This document shows, in pieces, positions 38,038 to 48,865 of a stretch of 64,000 nucleotides of DNA. The notes under the pieces are model-generated. The model saw only the letters and a program-made list of their open reading frames with translations, made no database searches and was not told the origin of the DNA. The translations under genes were made by a program, and so were the position numbers. Each line of letters begins with the position of its first letter. The stretch's first letter is position 1. Origin of the DNA: an uncultured Gemmatimonadales bacterium (GTDB taxonomy: Bacteria > Gemmatimonadota > Gemmatimonadetes > Longimicrobiales > RSA9); assembly GCA_963783305.1 (NCBI GenBank), contig CAWAMW010000002.1, positions 864,001 to 928,000 on the forward strand, in the 5' to 3' direction.

Positions 38038-40725
38038 ATGACGACCATGCATCGAATCCGGACCCTCTTCCTGGCCCCCGCGGCCATAATCCTCGGCGGC
38101 GCTCTTGCCGCATCGGCCGGCGCGGCGCAGGGGGCGCCGCCTCCGTTCGAGCTCCCCGCGTGGGAGACGGCGCACCCGTTCGCCGCGATCCCTCACCCGC
38201 GGGATGTGTTCGGGTTCGAGCCCGGCGCGGACTACGAGCTCGCGACCAACGCGCAGATCGTGGAGTATTTCGATGCGCTCGACAGCGCCAGTGAGCGTGT
38301 GCGGGTGGAGCGGATCGGAGAGAGCGTTCTCGGCCGTCCCATGATCCTGGCCTACATCTCGAGCGAGGAGAACCTCGCGCGGATGGAGGAATGGAAGGAG
38401 ACCGCCCGCGAGCTGGCGCTGGGTCGGATCTCGCCGGAGGAGGCGCGCCGCAGGGCGGCGGAAGGGAAGGCCGTGGTGTGGGTGGACGGGGGTCTGCACG
38501 CAACCGAGGTGGCGGGCGCCCAGCACACGCCTCTGCTGGCGTATCGCGTGGCGGGCGAAGAGAGCGAGGAGATGCGGCGGATCCGCGACGACGTCATCCT
38601 CCTTCTGATGCCCGTGATGAACCCCGACGGCCTCGACCTGGTCGCCGACTGGACCCGGCGGAACCGGGACACCAAATGGGAAGGGAGCAGCCCGCCCGTC
38701 CTCTACCAGTTCTATACGGGTCACGACAACAACCGCGACTGGTTCATGATCACCCAGCCGGAGACGCGGGCGGTGACGGACGTGATCTACCACCGCTGGT
38801 TCCCGCAGATCGTGCTGAACCAGCATCAGACCGCGCCGTGGCCCGCGCGCATCTTCATCCCGCCGTTCGCCGACCCCGTGAACCCGCATATCCAGCCCCT
38901 GACGATCCGCGGGGTCAACAAGGTCGGCAACGCCATGGGCACCCGCCTGAGCGAGGAGGGGAAGAGCGGCGCCATCGCCCGGGTGAGCTTCGACATGTGG
39001 TGGAACGGCGGGATGCGTACGGTGCCGTACTTCCACAACATGGTCGGGATCCTGACGGAGACCGCCCACGCCTCCGTGGCGCCGGAGTATACGGCCCCCT
39101 CCGCGCTGCCGGAGTTCATCCGGGGAACCCTGCCGGCGCAGGCGCCCAGCGTCTTCTATCCCGACCCGTGGGAGGGCGGCTGGTTCCGTCTGCGGGACGC
39201 CGTGGAGTACATGATCACGGCCGCCATGGCCACCCTCGATGTGGCCTCGCAGAACCGGGAAGAGTTCCTGCTCAACATCTGGCGCATGGGCGCCGATGCC
39301 GTGGCGGCCGGCGAGGCGGGCGGCCCCTTCGCCTACGTGGTCCCGCCGGAGCAGCGGAAGCCGCTGGAAGCGGCGAACATGCTGAACGTGCTCCGGAAGG
39401 GCGGTGTCGAGGTACACCAGACGACGCGGGCGCTGACCGCTGGCGGTAAGCGCTATCCCGCCGGCAGCTACGTGGTCCTGGCGAGCCAGGCCTTCCGGCC
39501 GCACCTCATGGACCTGCTCGAGGAGCAGGTCTATCCCGACATGCGCCTCTACCCGGGCGGGCCACCGGACACGCCGTACGACATCTCGGGCTGGACGCTT
39601 CCGATCCAGATGGACGTCGTGACCGATCGGGTGGATGCGCCGTTCGACACCGCCGGGCTGGTGGCGGTGGACGAGGTCTCGGTCTGGCCGGGTCGTACCG
39701 TCCGCGGCGGGCGCTGGGGCTGGGCGGTCGGCGCGGAGTCCAACGCGGCGGCCATCGCCGCCAATCGAGTGATCGCCGCTGGTGCCGAGGCCTACATCGC
39801 CCCGGTCGGGGTCCTCGCCGGGGACGAGGAGATGGGCCGTGGGGCGTACGTGTTCCGCGGCGTGAGCGAGGCCGACGCGGCCCGGCTCGCCCGCGAGCTC
39901 GGCATCGATTTCGTCGGGATCGACCGTGCGCCCAGGAGCCGCCTGCACCGGATCGAGCCTCCGCGGATCGGCATCTACAAGTCGTGGCAGGCGAACATGG
40001 ATGAGGGGTGGACGCGCTGGGTCCTCGACGAGTACGAGTTCCCCGTGGACACGCTCCACGACGCCGAGATCCGTGGCGCCGACCTCTCCGTCTACCACGC
40101 CATCATCCTCCCCGACCAGGACCGCTCATCCATCCTCCATGGCCATGCTCCGGGAACGCGGCCGGAGGAGATGACCGGCGGTATCGGGCTGGAGGGCATG
40201 CTGCGCCTCCGTCGGTACGTGGAGGGGGGCGGCAGGCTCATCGCGTTCGACGAGGCGTCGGAGCTCCTCATCGATCAGCTCGCGATACCGGTCCAGAACG
40301 TCGTCGGCGACCTGCCGAACGAGGACTTCTTCGTGCCGGGGACGCTGATCCGGATGACGATCGACGCCGACCACCCCATCGGGTACGGCATGCCGGGCGA
40401 GGCGGCCGGCTTCTTCGCCCGGAGCCGCGCGTGGGACGTGCGGTCCGGCGCCGAAGGAGTGGACGTGATCGCGCGCTACGCCGAGGACGACCTGGTGATG
40501 AGCGGCTGGGCTCTCGGCGAGGAGGCGCTGGCGGGGCGGGCCGCGCTCGTCCGGGCGCCGCTCGGCGCCGGTGACGTGGTGCTGTTCGCCTTCCGGCCGC
40601 AGTTCAGGGCGCAGCCGAGGGCCACGTTCAAGCTGCTGTTCAACGCGCTCCACGGGGCCGCGGCACGGGACGCGGCGGTGGAGGGACCGGCCGGGCGGCC
40701 GGTGGAGAGTGCCGTGCGGCGCTAG
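38038..40725 (+). CDS. Secreted M14 zinc carboxypeptidase family protein
   Basis: Signal peptide; GLHATE, NPDG, DNNRDW; C-terminal amidotransferase-like region; start inferred. Confidence 0.85.
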   Translation: MTTMHRIRTLFLAPAAIILGGALAASAGAAQGAPPPFELPAWETAHPFAAIPHPRDVFGFEPGADYELATNAQIVEYFDALDSASERVRVERIGESVLGRPMILAYISSEENLARMEEWKETARELALGRISPEEARRRAAEGKAVVWVDGGLHATEVAGAQHTPLLAYRVAGEESEEMRRIRDDVILLLMPVMNPDGLDLVADWTRRNRDTKWEGSSPPVLYQFYTGHDNNRDWFMITQPETRAVTDVIYHRWFPQIVLNQHQTAPWPARIFIPPFADPVNPHIQPLTIRGVNKVGNAMGTRLSEEGKSGAIARVSFDMWWNGGMRTVPYFHNMVGILTETAHASVAPEYTAPSALPEFIRGTLPAQAPSVFYPDPWEGGWFRLRDAVEYMITAAMATLDVASQNREEFLLNIWRMGADAVAAGEAGGPFAYVVPPEQRKPLEAANMLNVLRKGGVEVHQTTRALTAGGKRYPAGSYVVLASQAFRPHLMDLLEEQVYPDMRLYPGGPPDTPYDISGWTLPIQMDVVTDRVDAPFDTAGLVAVDEVSVWPGRTVRGGRWGWAVGAESNAAAIAANRVIAAGAEAYIAPVGVLAGDEEMGRGAYVFRGVSEADAARLARELGIDFVGIDRAPRSRLHRIEPPRIGIYKSWQANMDEGWTRWVLDEYEFPVDTLHDAEIRGADLSVYHAIILPDQDRSSILHGHAPGTRPEEMTGGIGLEGMLRLRRYVEGGGRLIAFDEASELLIDQLAIPVQNVVGDLPNEDFFVPGTLIRMTIDADHPIGYGMPGEAAGFFARSRAWDVRSGAEGVDVIARYAEDDLVMSGWALGEEALAGRAALVRAPLGAGDVVLFAFRPQFRAQPRATFKLLFNALHGAAARDAAVEGPAGRPVESAVRR

Positions 40726-40757
40726 CCGGCTGCTGAAGAGGGTCCGGTGCGCGCGTT

Positions 40758-41528
40758 CTACTGACCGCCGACGGCTGCCCGGGCCGAATCCCGGTACGCC
40801 TGGAGCATCGCCTGGTGGTCCATGTACTCGGGCAGCGGCTTTCCGGCCTCCTCGGGATACGCGTCGAGGAGGCGCTGCCAGAGGGCGTCGGCGTCCGTGG
40901 TATCGCCGGCGTCGGCAGCGGCCGAGGCGGCCACGCCGAGGGCTAGGATGTGGTTCGGAGAGTCCTCCAGGATCCGCTCGGCGGCGCTCCTGGCTTCGGC
41001 GTACTCGTCCGCGGTCTGCTGGAGGATGGCGAGGTGGTAGATCCCGTCGTCGTCCAGATCCTCGACCATGCCGTACGCCTGGATGGCCATGGGCATGAAC
41101 TGATCGACTTCCGCCTGGTTCCCCTGCTCGGCCGCCATCATGATCCGGTTGAAGAGGCGGTCGGCATTGCTGCGCATGTCCGAGCTGAGGGGACCCAGCC
41201 CGCCCCCGGACCCCGCGCCCCCGCCGGTCTGTCCGGCGAACGGCGCTTCCATCCCGGTCCGCGGCACCGGCACGCGCTCCGCCCGGCGCGGCAGGAACAC
41301 CACCAGCAGGACGACGATGATCGCCGCGGCGGCGATGATCCACGCGGCGCGACCCGGGCCGCCACCCGCGGTGGTTTCCCCGGCCACCGGCTCTCCGCAC
41401 GAGGTGCAGTAGCGCGACCCCGGTGGCACGTCGGCCTGGCAGGACGCGCAGCTCACGTCCAGCCCCGCGCCACACTCGGCGCAATACTTCCCTGTCTGTT
41501 TCTCGGCACCGCAGCTTGGACATTTCAT
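40758..41528 (-). CDS. Double zinc-ribbon membrane protein with TPR-like C-terminus
   Basis: CPSC, CAEC, CASC, CTSC; one TM; helical C-terminus. Confidence 0.75.
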   Translation of the reverse strand: MKCPSCGAEKQTGKYCAECGAGLDVSCASCQADVPPGSRYCTSCGEPVAGETTAGGGPGRAAWIIAAAAIIVVLLVVFLPRRAERVPVPRTGMEAPFAGQTGGGAGSGGGLGPLSSDMRSNADRLFNRIMMAAEQGNQAEVDQFMPMAIQAYGMVEDLDDDGIYHLAILQQTADEYAEARSAAERILEDSPNHILALGVAASAAADAGDTTDADALWQRLLDAYPEEAGKPLPEYMDHQAMLQAYRDSARAAVGGQ

Positions 41529-41614
41529 GCGCAGAAGATAGGCACATGCGCCGGGAACCAACAACCGCCAGGTGGCCAGTTGTTACGCCGGGGCGCGTCG
41601 GCGTACGTTCTCGC

Positions 41615-42604
41615 ATGCGGATCTTCCTGACCGGTGGAACGGGGCTGCTCGGCAGTCATATCGCCGAGCGACTCCGGTCCCGCGGCTACGACGTGGTCGC
41701 GCTGGTGCGGTCGACGAGCGACACGGCGCACCTGGAGGCGCTGGGCTGCGAGCCGCTGGTAGGAGAGCTCGATGACCCGGTCGCCCGCCTCGCCGGCGCC
41801 ATGCGGGGCGCCGACGCCGTGATCCACGCAGCCGCCAAGGTGTTCCAGAGCGGCAGCCGGGCCGACTACCTGCGGGTGAACGTGGCGGGCACCGAGCGGG
41901 TGCTGGCCGCCGCCGCGCGCGCCGCACCCCGGGTCATCCACGTCTCCAGCGTTGCGGTGTATGCGGGCCTCGAAGCGAACCGTCCCATGGGAGAGGATCG
42001 CTGGACCGAAGCGGACCCGGCGCGGCAGAGCGCGTACGCGGCGTCCAAGCACCTGTCGGAGAGGGCGGCCTGGCGCGCGCATGAGGCGCGGGAGATCCGC
42101 CTGACGACGGTCCGGCCGAGCGTGATCTACGGGGAGCGGGACCGTTCGGCGACCCGGGTCATGGTGCGGTACGCGACGCTCCCGCTGGTGCCGCTGATCG
42201 GGGGCGGACGGACCACGCTGCCGGTGGTGTACGCGGGAAATGTGGCCGACGGTGTCCTGGCGGCCCTCCACCGGCCGGTGGCGATCGGGCGCGCCTACAA
42301 CCTCGCCATGGACCTCCCGATCACGGCGCGCGAGCTGGTGGCGCTCTTCGGCGACGGGCTCGACCGCGAGCCGCGGATCGTTCCCGTACCCGCCCTGCCC
42401 GTCACCGCGGCCGCCAGCGCGGCGGCGGCGATCGGCCGGCTTCCCGGCCTGCCGACGCTCGACGCGCGACGCGCGGTGCGGTCACTCGTGCGCGACAACC
42501 CCTACGACTCGTCGCGGGCTCGTCTGGAGCTCGGGTGGTCGCCGGCGATCTCGCACCGCGAGGGCGTGCGACGCACTCTGGCGTGGTGGCGCGGTCGGGG
42601 CTGA
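41615..42604 (+). CDS. NAD-dependent epimerase/dehydratase family protein
   Basis: TGGTGLLG, HVSS, YAASK, RPSVIYG. Confidence 0.9.
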   Translation: MRIFLTGGTGLLGSHIAERLRSRGYDVVALVRSTSDTAHLEALGCEPLVGELDDPVARLAGAMRGADAVIHAAAKVFQSGSRADYLRVNVAGTERVLAAAARAAPRVIHVSSVAVYAGLEANRPMGEDRWTEADPARQSAYAASKHLSERAAWRAHEAREIRLTTVRPSVIYGERDRSATRVMVRYATLPLVPLIGGGRTTLPVVYAGNVADGVLAALHRPVAIGRAYNLAMDLPITARELVALFGDGLDREPRIVPVPALPVTAAASAAAAIGRLPGLPTLDARRAVRSLVRDNPYDSSRARLELGWSPAISHREGVRRTLAWWRGRG

Positions 42605-42720
42605 GCCACCAGAGCGCGGCGCGCGTTGACAGCGGACGGTAAGGGCCGGAGCTTCCCGGCTGGCACGAAGCCCGCAGCGACACGAGCGGCCGTCCGACCG
42701 CCGCATCACCGAGGAGCCGA

Positions 42721-43611
42721 ATGTCCGACCCAGGATACGACGACGTTGATACCGAAGCCGAGAACGAGTCCGCGCCGCCCCAGGGCGGCGGCGATCCCCG
42801 GGAGCGGGGACAGATAGCCACACCTGAGCTGAACCGTGACGGGCAGGAGAGCGGAAGGGAAACGGAGGACGAGCGGCTCCTCCAGAGCGAGAAGCCGGAG
42901 AAGATCGAGTTCCTGCACACCGACCCGTGGCGGGTCTTCCGCATCATGGGCGAGTTCGTGGAAGGCTTCGACACGCTGGCCGACCTCGGCCCCGCCGTCT
43001 CCATCTTCGGCAGCGCCCGGGTAGGTCCCGACGACCCGTGGTACCAGGCCGCCGAGCGGACCGCGCGGCTGTTCGTGGAGCGCGGGTTCGGTGTGATCAC
43101 CGGTGGCGGCCCGGGGATCATGGAAGCGGCGAACAAGGGCGCGTCGGAGGCCGGCGGACCGTCGGTCGGATGCAACATCGAGCTCCCCTTCGAGCAGGGG
43201 ATGAACCGCTACGTCCAGACGGCGGTCAACTTCCGGTACTTCTTCGTCCGCAAGACCATGTTCGTGAAGTACGCGGAGGGTTTCATCATCTTCCCGGGCG
43301 GCTTCGGCACCATGGACGAGCTGTTCGAAGCGCTGACCCTGATCCAGACCGGCAAGGTCCGCCACTTCCCCGTCGTCATGATGGGCTCGGAGTACTGGGG
43401 CGGGCTCGTGGAGTGGATCCGTGGCACGATGGCGGGGGAGGGGAAGGTCGGCGCCAAGGACCTGAACCTCGTGCTCGTCACCGACTCGCCCGACGAGGCG
43501 GTGGAGCACGTGGCGCGCGCCCACGCCGCTCAGGAGGAGGACGCCCGGCTCCGTGCGCACCGGCGAGTCAAGCGGCGAGCGGTCGGCGATCCGGGTCGGC
43601 GCGGGCAATGA
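42721..43611 (+). CDS. LOG family nucleotide phosphoribohydrolase
   Basis: [31 protein letters not shown]. Confidence 0.93.
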   Translation: MSDPGYDDVDTEAENESAPPQGGGDPRERGQIATPELNRDGQESGRETEDERLLQSEKPEKIEFLHTDPWRVFRIMGEFVEGFDTLADLGPAVSIFGSARVGPDDPWYQAAERTARLFVERGFGVITGGGPGIMEAANKGASEAGGPSVGCNIELPFEQGMNRYVQTAVNFRYFFVRKTMFVKYAEGFIIFPGGFGTMDELFEALTLIQTGKVRHFPVVMMGSEYWGGLVEWIRGTMAGEGKVGAKDLNLVLVTDSPDEAVEHVARAHAAQEEDARLRAHRRVKRRAVGDPGRRGQ

Positions 43612-43690
43612 ACCGCTGCACCAGGCACGCGGTCCCGACCACTCCGCTGCACCCTGGCTGGACCCGTACTCTCAACCGCACCAGGACGAT

Positions 43691-44848
43691 ATGAACAAAC
43701 ACCTCTCCGGACCCCGCATCGACCCCGTCCGGATCCGCGGCGACATGACCGTGGACGAGCTCGTCGACGGCGCCTTCGCTTCCTACAACGCGGGACGGCT
43801 CCGGGAAGGGTGCAGGCTCTTCACCGAGAAGATGCTGGACGATGACGTGACCGTGGGCGTCTCCCTCACGGGCGCGCTGACCCCCGCAGGACTCGGCGTG
43901 TCTGCGCTCATCCCGCTCATCGAGGCGGGGTTCATCGACTGGATCACATCGACGGGCGCGAACCTCTATCACGACACCCACTACGGTCTCGGCCTGGCGC
44001 TCCACCACGGCAACCCCTTCGTCAGCGACGTGGCGCTGCGGGAAGAGGAGGTCGTGCGCATCTACGACATCTTCTTCGACTACTCCGTCCTCCTCGACAC
44101 CGACGCCTTCTTCCGCAAGATCATTGAAGGCGAGGAGTTCCAGCGGACCATGTCGACGGCGGAGTTCCACCACCTCTGCGGGAAGTACGTGGCGGAGCGC
44201 GAGAAGAAGCTCGGTCAGACCGGGGAAAGCCGGAAATCGCTCCTGGCCGCCGCCTACGAATACGATGTGCCCGTGTACACCAGCTCCCCGGGCGATTCCT
44301 CCATCGGCATGAACGTGGCCGCCATGGCGCTGCGTGGGAACCAGCTGAAGATCGACGTGAACGCCGACGTGAACGAGACCGCTTCCATCGTGCTGGACGC
44401 GAAGCGCGGCGGCGGCCGGAGCGCGGTGATGATCCTGGGCGGCGGGAGCCCCAAGAACTTCATGCTCCAGACCGAGCCCCAGATCCAGGAGGTCATGGGC
44501 ATCGCCGAGAAGGGACACGACTACTTCCTCCAGATCACCGACGCGCGCCCCGATACCGGCGGGCTCAGCGGCGCGACCCCGGCGGAGGCCGTGAGCTGGG
44601 GCAAGGTCGACCCCGACAAGCTCCCGGACGCCGTCGTCTGCTATACCGACGCGACCATCGCGCTGCCGCTCCTGAGCGCGTACGCCTTCGCCCGGCACGA
44701 TCCTCGCCCTCCCAGGCGCCTGTTCGGCCGGCGCGAGGAGCTCATGGGCCGGCTCCGCAGCGAGTACGAGGCCGTCCTCGAGGGCGCCGGCGGGGACGAG
44801 GTGCGGCCCGAGGGCGGCCCACACACAACGCTGGCGCGGGACCGGTAG
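43691..44848 (+). CDS. Deoxyhypusine synthase-like protein (possible homospermidine synthase)
   Basis: [33 protein letters not shown] with conserved Lys. Confidence 0.88.
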   Translation: MNKHLSGPRIDPVRIRGDMTVDELVDGAFASYNAGRLREGCRLFTEKMLDDDVTVGVSLTGALTPAGLGVSALIPLIEAGFIDWITSTGANLYHDTHYGLGLALHHGNPFVSDVALREEEVVRIYDIFFDYSVLLDTDAFFRKIIEGEEFQRTMSTAEFHHLCGKYVAEREKKLGQTGESRKSLLAAAYEYDVPVYTSSPGDSSIGMNVAAMALRGNQLKIDVNADVNETASIVLDAKRGGGRSAVMILGGGSPKNFMLQTEPQIQEVMGIAEKGHDYFLQITDARPDTGGLSGATPAEAVSWGKVDPDKLPDAVVCYTDATIALPLLSAYAFARHDPRPPRRLFGRREELMGRLRSEYEAVLEGAGGDEVRPEGGPHTTLARDR

Positions 44849-44906
44849 GGAGCACGCTCGCGGCATCGCGGAACGGTCGTCGTCGCGGCCATGAAAGGGG
44901 TGGGAG

Positions 44907-45809
44907 ATGAAGGTGGCGGTTACAGGGTCGTCGGGGCTGATCGGGTCAGGCGTCACGCGCCACCTGATCGATGCGGGGCACTCGATCACCCGCGTGGTGC
45001 GATCGCGGGAGGCCGCGGCCGCTCCCGACGCGTTCTACTGGAGCCCCTCGAGCGGGGAGATCGACGCCGAGGGGCTGGCGGGACACGACGTCGTCGTCAA
45101 CCTGGCGGGCGAGAACATCTTCGGGATCTGGACGGATGCGAAGAAGAAACGCATCTACAACAGTCGCGTGGAAGGGACGCGACTGCTCGTGGAAGCCATT
45201 GGCGGACTGGAAGATACGGACCGTCCAGGGATCCTCGTCAACGCCTCCGCCATCGGCTATTACGGGGATCGTCCGCCGGACCAGTCGTTGACCGAGGCCG
45301 CGGAGCCGGGCGATGGCTTCATGGCCGGCGTGGTCCGGGACTGGGAAGCGGCGGCCGCGGCCGGCGGCGCGCTGGGTCTGCGGGTGGTCATGCTGCGGTT
45401 CGGGCTGGTCCTCGACCCGAACGGGCTCCTGCTGCAGGGGATGAGCATGTCGAGCCGGCTCGGCCTCGGGGCCAAGCTGGGGGATGGAGCGCAGCCGTTC
45501 CCGTGGACCACCCGCGACGAGATCGCCCGGACCATGCAGTTCGTCCTGGAACACGAGGAGATGGAGGGGCCGGTGAACGTGGTGGGGCCCGACCACGTCA
45601 CCAATGAGGAGTTCGCCGACACCGTGGCGCGGGTCCTCGATCGACCGCGGATCCTGAAGGTGCCGGCGGTGGCGCTCCGGATGCTCGGTGATCTGGGCGC
45701 AGAGCTCCTGACGGGAGCGCGGATCGTGCCCGAGAAGCTGAAGGACGCGGGCTACGAGTGGCTGGATCCGACGCTGGAGGATGCCCTGCGTCGGCTGCTC
45801 GGCCGGTGA
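44907..45809 (+). CDS. YfcH-like NAD-binding epimerase/oxidoreductase
   Basis: TGSSGLIG, NLAGE, ASAIGYYG, GPVN. Confidence 0.9.
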   Translation: MKVAVTGSSGLIGSGVTRHLIDAGHSITRVVRSREAAAAPDAFYWSPSSGEIDAEGLAGHDVVVNLAGENIFGIWTDAKKKRIYNSRVEGTRLLVEAIGGLEDTDRPGILVNASAIGYYGDRPPDQSLTEAAEPGDGFMAGVVRDWEAAAAAGGALGLRVVMLRFGLVLDPNGLLLQGMSMSSRLGLGAKLGDGAQPFPWTTRDEIARTMQFVLEHEEMEGPVNVVGPDHVTNEEFADTVARVLDRPRILKVPAVALRMLGDLGAELLTGARIVPEKLKDAGYEWLDPTLEDALRRLLGR

Positions 45810-45993
45810 TCCCGTCCAGCTCGACATCTCGCCCGCGGGCTGCTCCGGGCGGCCGGCCGCTGGCGCCCCGGCCGACGCCTTCGTTAGGTTCCTCACATAC
45901 AAGGAAACAACCTGGAAGGCCTGCCACTGCGGGGCCGTCGCCTGATGGACGTCAAGCGGCCGCGGCACCTGCGGACACGATGTGGACATCGCA

Positions 45994-46392
45994 ATGACAG
46001 AAAGCGAATCACGACAGCGCCACCGGGTACTCCTCGCCGACGACGACCCCGGAATCCGGCGCGTCCTCAAGGCAGCCCTCGAGTCCGGCGGCTACGAGGT
46101 CGAAGCCGTCGCCGATGGAGATGCGGCGCGCGAGGCCTACCTGCGCCAGTGCCCCGATGTCCTCCTGGCCGACCTCGTCATGCCGGGACTGAACGGCCAG
46201 GAGCTCGCCGCCGCATGCCGCAGCCACTGTCCCGACGCGATCCTGATCTTCATGAGCGGGTACAGCGAGGAGGAGCTGCAGCAGCTGGAGATCCGGCAGG
46301 TCGTCTTCATCCCGAAACCCATGTCCGTCGCGACCCTGCTTCGCACGGTGGGGCGGCTCATCGACCACCGCGACCAGAGTTCCCCCGATTGA
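45994..46392 (+). CDS. Single-domain response regulator
   Basis: LADDD, DLVMPGLNG, MSGY, PKP. Confidence 0.9.
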   Translation: MTESESRQRHRVLLADDDPGIRRVLKAALESGGYEVEAVADGDAAREAYLRQCPDVLLADLVMPGLNGQELAAACRSHCPDAILIFMSGYSEEELQQLEIRQVVFIPKPMSVATLLRTVGRLIDHRDQSSPD

Positions 46393-46408
46393 GGGGGGAC
46401 ACTACCCG

Positions 46409-46999
46409 TTGAAACGCGAACGCAGGCGCAGAGAAGGGGTCCAGGACCAGTTCCGGACCGCAATCCGACGGGCCGGCGAGCTCGCGGCCGTGGACCCTGG
46501 ATCCTTCAACGCGCGTCCCGATGAGGGAGCGTGGTCGGTGGCGGAGTGCCTGGACCATCTGAACGAGACGGCGCGGCTGTACCTGCCGGAGCTGACGGAG
46601 GCGATCGAGGGTGCTCGTCAGAACGGGCTCCTTGCCCGTCCCGGGGCGAGCCGGCGGACGCTCATCGGCCGCCTGGTCGTCTGGACCCAGGAGCCGCCCG
46701 TCCGGATCCGGATGAAGACGTTCTCCTCCATCGAGCCACGGGGTGACACCGACCCCGCCGAGGTGGCGGAGGCGTTCGAGTCGCTGCACGAGGAGTTGAT
46801 CGTACGGATCAACGAGGCGGCGGATCTGGACTGGAAGCGGGTGAAGATGAGGTCGGTGATCGATCCCCGTCTCAAGCTCTCGCTGGGCGACTGGTTCCAT
46901 TTCCTGGCCGCCCACGCTCGCCGTCATCTCTGGCAGGCCGAGCGGGCGAGGGACCGGGTGATCGGCCCGCCTACCGATACCCCGCGGCCTGGAGCGTGA
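46409..46999 (+). CDS. DinB/YfiT-like four-helix metal-binding protein
   Basis: WSVAECLDHL...HARRHLWQ; start uncertain. Confidence 0.82.
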   Translation: MKRERRRREGVQDQFRTAIRRAGELAAVDPGSFNARPDEGAWSVAECLDHLNETARLYLPELTEAIEGARQNGLLARPGASRRTLIGRLVVWTQEPPVRIRMKTFSSIEPRGDTDPAEVAEAFESLHEELIVRINEAADLDWKRVKMRSVIDPRLKLSLGDWFHFLAAHARRHLWQAERARDRVIGPPTDTPRPGA

Positions 47000-48809
47000 A
47001 GAGCTCGGCGTAGGTTCCGTCCAGGGCCAGCAGCTCTTCGTGCGACCCTTCCTCCACCACCGAGCCCCCGCCCAGCACGAGGATGCGATCGGCCATGCGC
47101 ACCGTGGAGAAGCGATGGCTGATGAGCACGGCCATCCGGCCGGCGGTGAGCTCACTGAACCGCTCGAAGACCTGGTATTCCGCCCGTGCATCCAGGGCGG
47201 CGGTGGGCTCGTCCAGGATCAGGACCTGGGCGTCGCGCATGTAGGCCCGGCCCAGGGCCACCTTCTGCCACTCACCGCCGGACAGGTTGGCGCCCCCCTC
47301 GAACCGGCGACCGAGCATGTGGTCGTACCCCTGCTCCAGCCCGGCGACCACGTCCTCCGCAAGGCTCTTCCGCGCGGCCTCACGGATCCGGGCGTCGTTC
47401 GACCGCGCTTCGATCCGGCCTACCGCGATGTTGTCGCGCGCCGCCATGTCGTAGCGGACGAAGTCCTGGAAGATGACGCCGATGGCCTGCCGGAGCTGAT
47501 CGACGTCGTACTCCCGGAGGTCGATGCCGTCGAGGAGGATGCGGCCCTCGGACGGGTCGTACAGGCGGGCGAGGAGCTTGACCAGCGTGGTCTTGCCCGC
47601 GCCGTTCTCCCCCACCAGCGCCAGCCGCTCACCCGGCCGCAGCGCGAAGCTGAGGTGGCGGAGCGCCCACCGCTCGGTGTCCGGGTAGCGGAAGCCCACG
47701 TCCTCGAAGACGAACCCTTCCAGGATGGTGGCGGGCACCGGCCGCGGGTCGGCCGCGGAGGCCACCCGGGGCTTCATGTCCAGGAAGGTGAAGAGATCGC
47801 CGATGAAGAGGCTCTGCTCGAAGACGTCGGCCGAGCCCAGGAGGATGCTCTGGATCAGGTCCCGGCTCCGCTGGAAGCTTCCCGCCAGGAACGTGAGGGA
47901 GCCGACGGTGAGCGCCCCGGCGACGGTCTGCCAGATCATGTAGCCGTAGGCGCCGTAGTAGACGGTGGTGCTGATGGCGACCAGGGCGGCTCCCACGGCG
48001 GCTCGCCGGATGGCCAGGCGACGATTGGCGCGGTAGTACTCGTCCGCCAGGCCGGCGTAGCGGGTGATCAGGTGGTCGCTCAGGCCGAAGAGCTTGACCT
48101 CCTTCGCCGTGGCATCGCTGGACGCCACGTAGCGGAGGTAGTCGAGCTCCCGGCGCTCGGGGGTCCAGCGGTAGAGGAGGGAGTAGCTGAGCCCGGCGAA
48201 GTGGGTCTCGCCGAGGAAGCTCGGGAGCACGGCCAGCCCCAGCAGCAGCAGGAGCCACGGGTTGAAGGCGAGCAGCGCGGCCATGAGCGAGGCGAGGGTG
48301 AGCGCGCTCTGGCCCATCCCGAGCAGGAGCGAGATGAGGGCGAGCCGACCGACGGTCTGTCGCCGGGCCCGCTCCAGGTGGTCGTAGAACTCCGGGTCCT
48401 CGAAGTGCTCCAGGTCGAGCGTGGCGGCGTGCTCCATCAGCCTCACGCTCATGCGGTTGCTGAAAAGGTCGCCGAGCAGCGACTCCACGAGCGCCGACGC
48501 CCGCTGCATGAGGTCGAGGACGAGCGCCAGGGCCAGCTCGAGAGCCACCAGCCGCGCCAGCCGACCCCAGTCCGCGTCCGCCGCACCGAGGTTCGCCACC
48601 ACCGTATCGATGATGAGCTTCCCCACCCACAGCAGCGCCACGGGACCGAGCGCACGCAGGAAGCGCAGCGCCACCACGCTCGCCGTGGCCCGCGGGTGCA
48701 CCTCCCAGACCAGCTTCAGGAAGGGCGGGAGCAGCCGCAGCGATCGCAGTCGCTCCCGGAGGGGCGGCCGCTCATCGGTGTCGTAGCGGGATCGGCGTCG
48801 ACGAGACAT
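46971..48809 (-). CDS. ABC transporter, fused permease and ATPase
   Basis: TM domain; GENGAGKTT, LSGGEWQ, LDEPT, SHR. Confidence 0.93.
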   Translation of the reverse strand: MSRRRRSRYDTDERPPLRERLRSLRLLPPFLKLVWEVHPRATASVVALRFLRALGPVALLWVGKLIIDTVVANLGAADADWGRLARLVALELALALVLDLMQRASALVESLLGDLFSNRMSVRLMEHAATLDLEHFEDPEFYDHLERARRQTVGRLALISLLLGMGQSALTLASLMAALLAFNPWLLLLLGLAVLPSFLGETHFAGLSYSLLYRWTPERRELDYLRYVASSDATAKEVKLFGLSDHLITRYAGLADEYYRANRRLAIRRAAVGAALVAISTTVYYGAYGYMIWQTVAGALTVGSLTFLAGSFQRSRDLIQSILLGSADVFEQSLFIGDLFTFLDMKPRVASAADPRPVPATILEGFVFEDVGFRYPDTERWALRHLSFALRPGERLALVGENGAGKTTLVKLLARLYDPSEGRILLDGIDLREYDVDQLRQAIGVIFQDFVRYDMAARDNIAVGRIEARSNDARIREAARKSLAEDVVAGLEQGYDHMLGRRFEGGANLSGGEWQKVALGRAYMRDAQVLILDEPTAALDARAEYQVFERFSELTAGRMAVLISHRFSTVRMADRILVLGGGSVVEEGSHEELLALDGTYAELFTLQAAGYR

Positions 48810-48865
48810 CCGGTAGAAGACCCCGCCCCGGTCCCGCGGTTCCTGGCGCGGCTCGGGGGGCGCGG

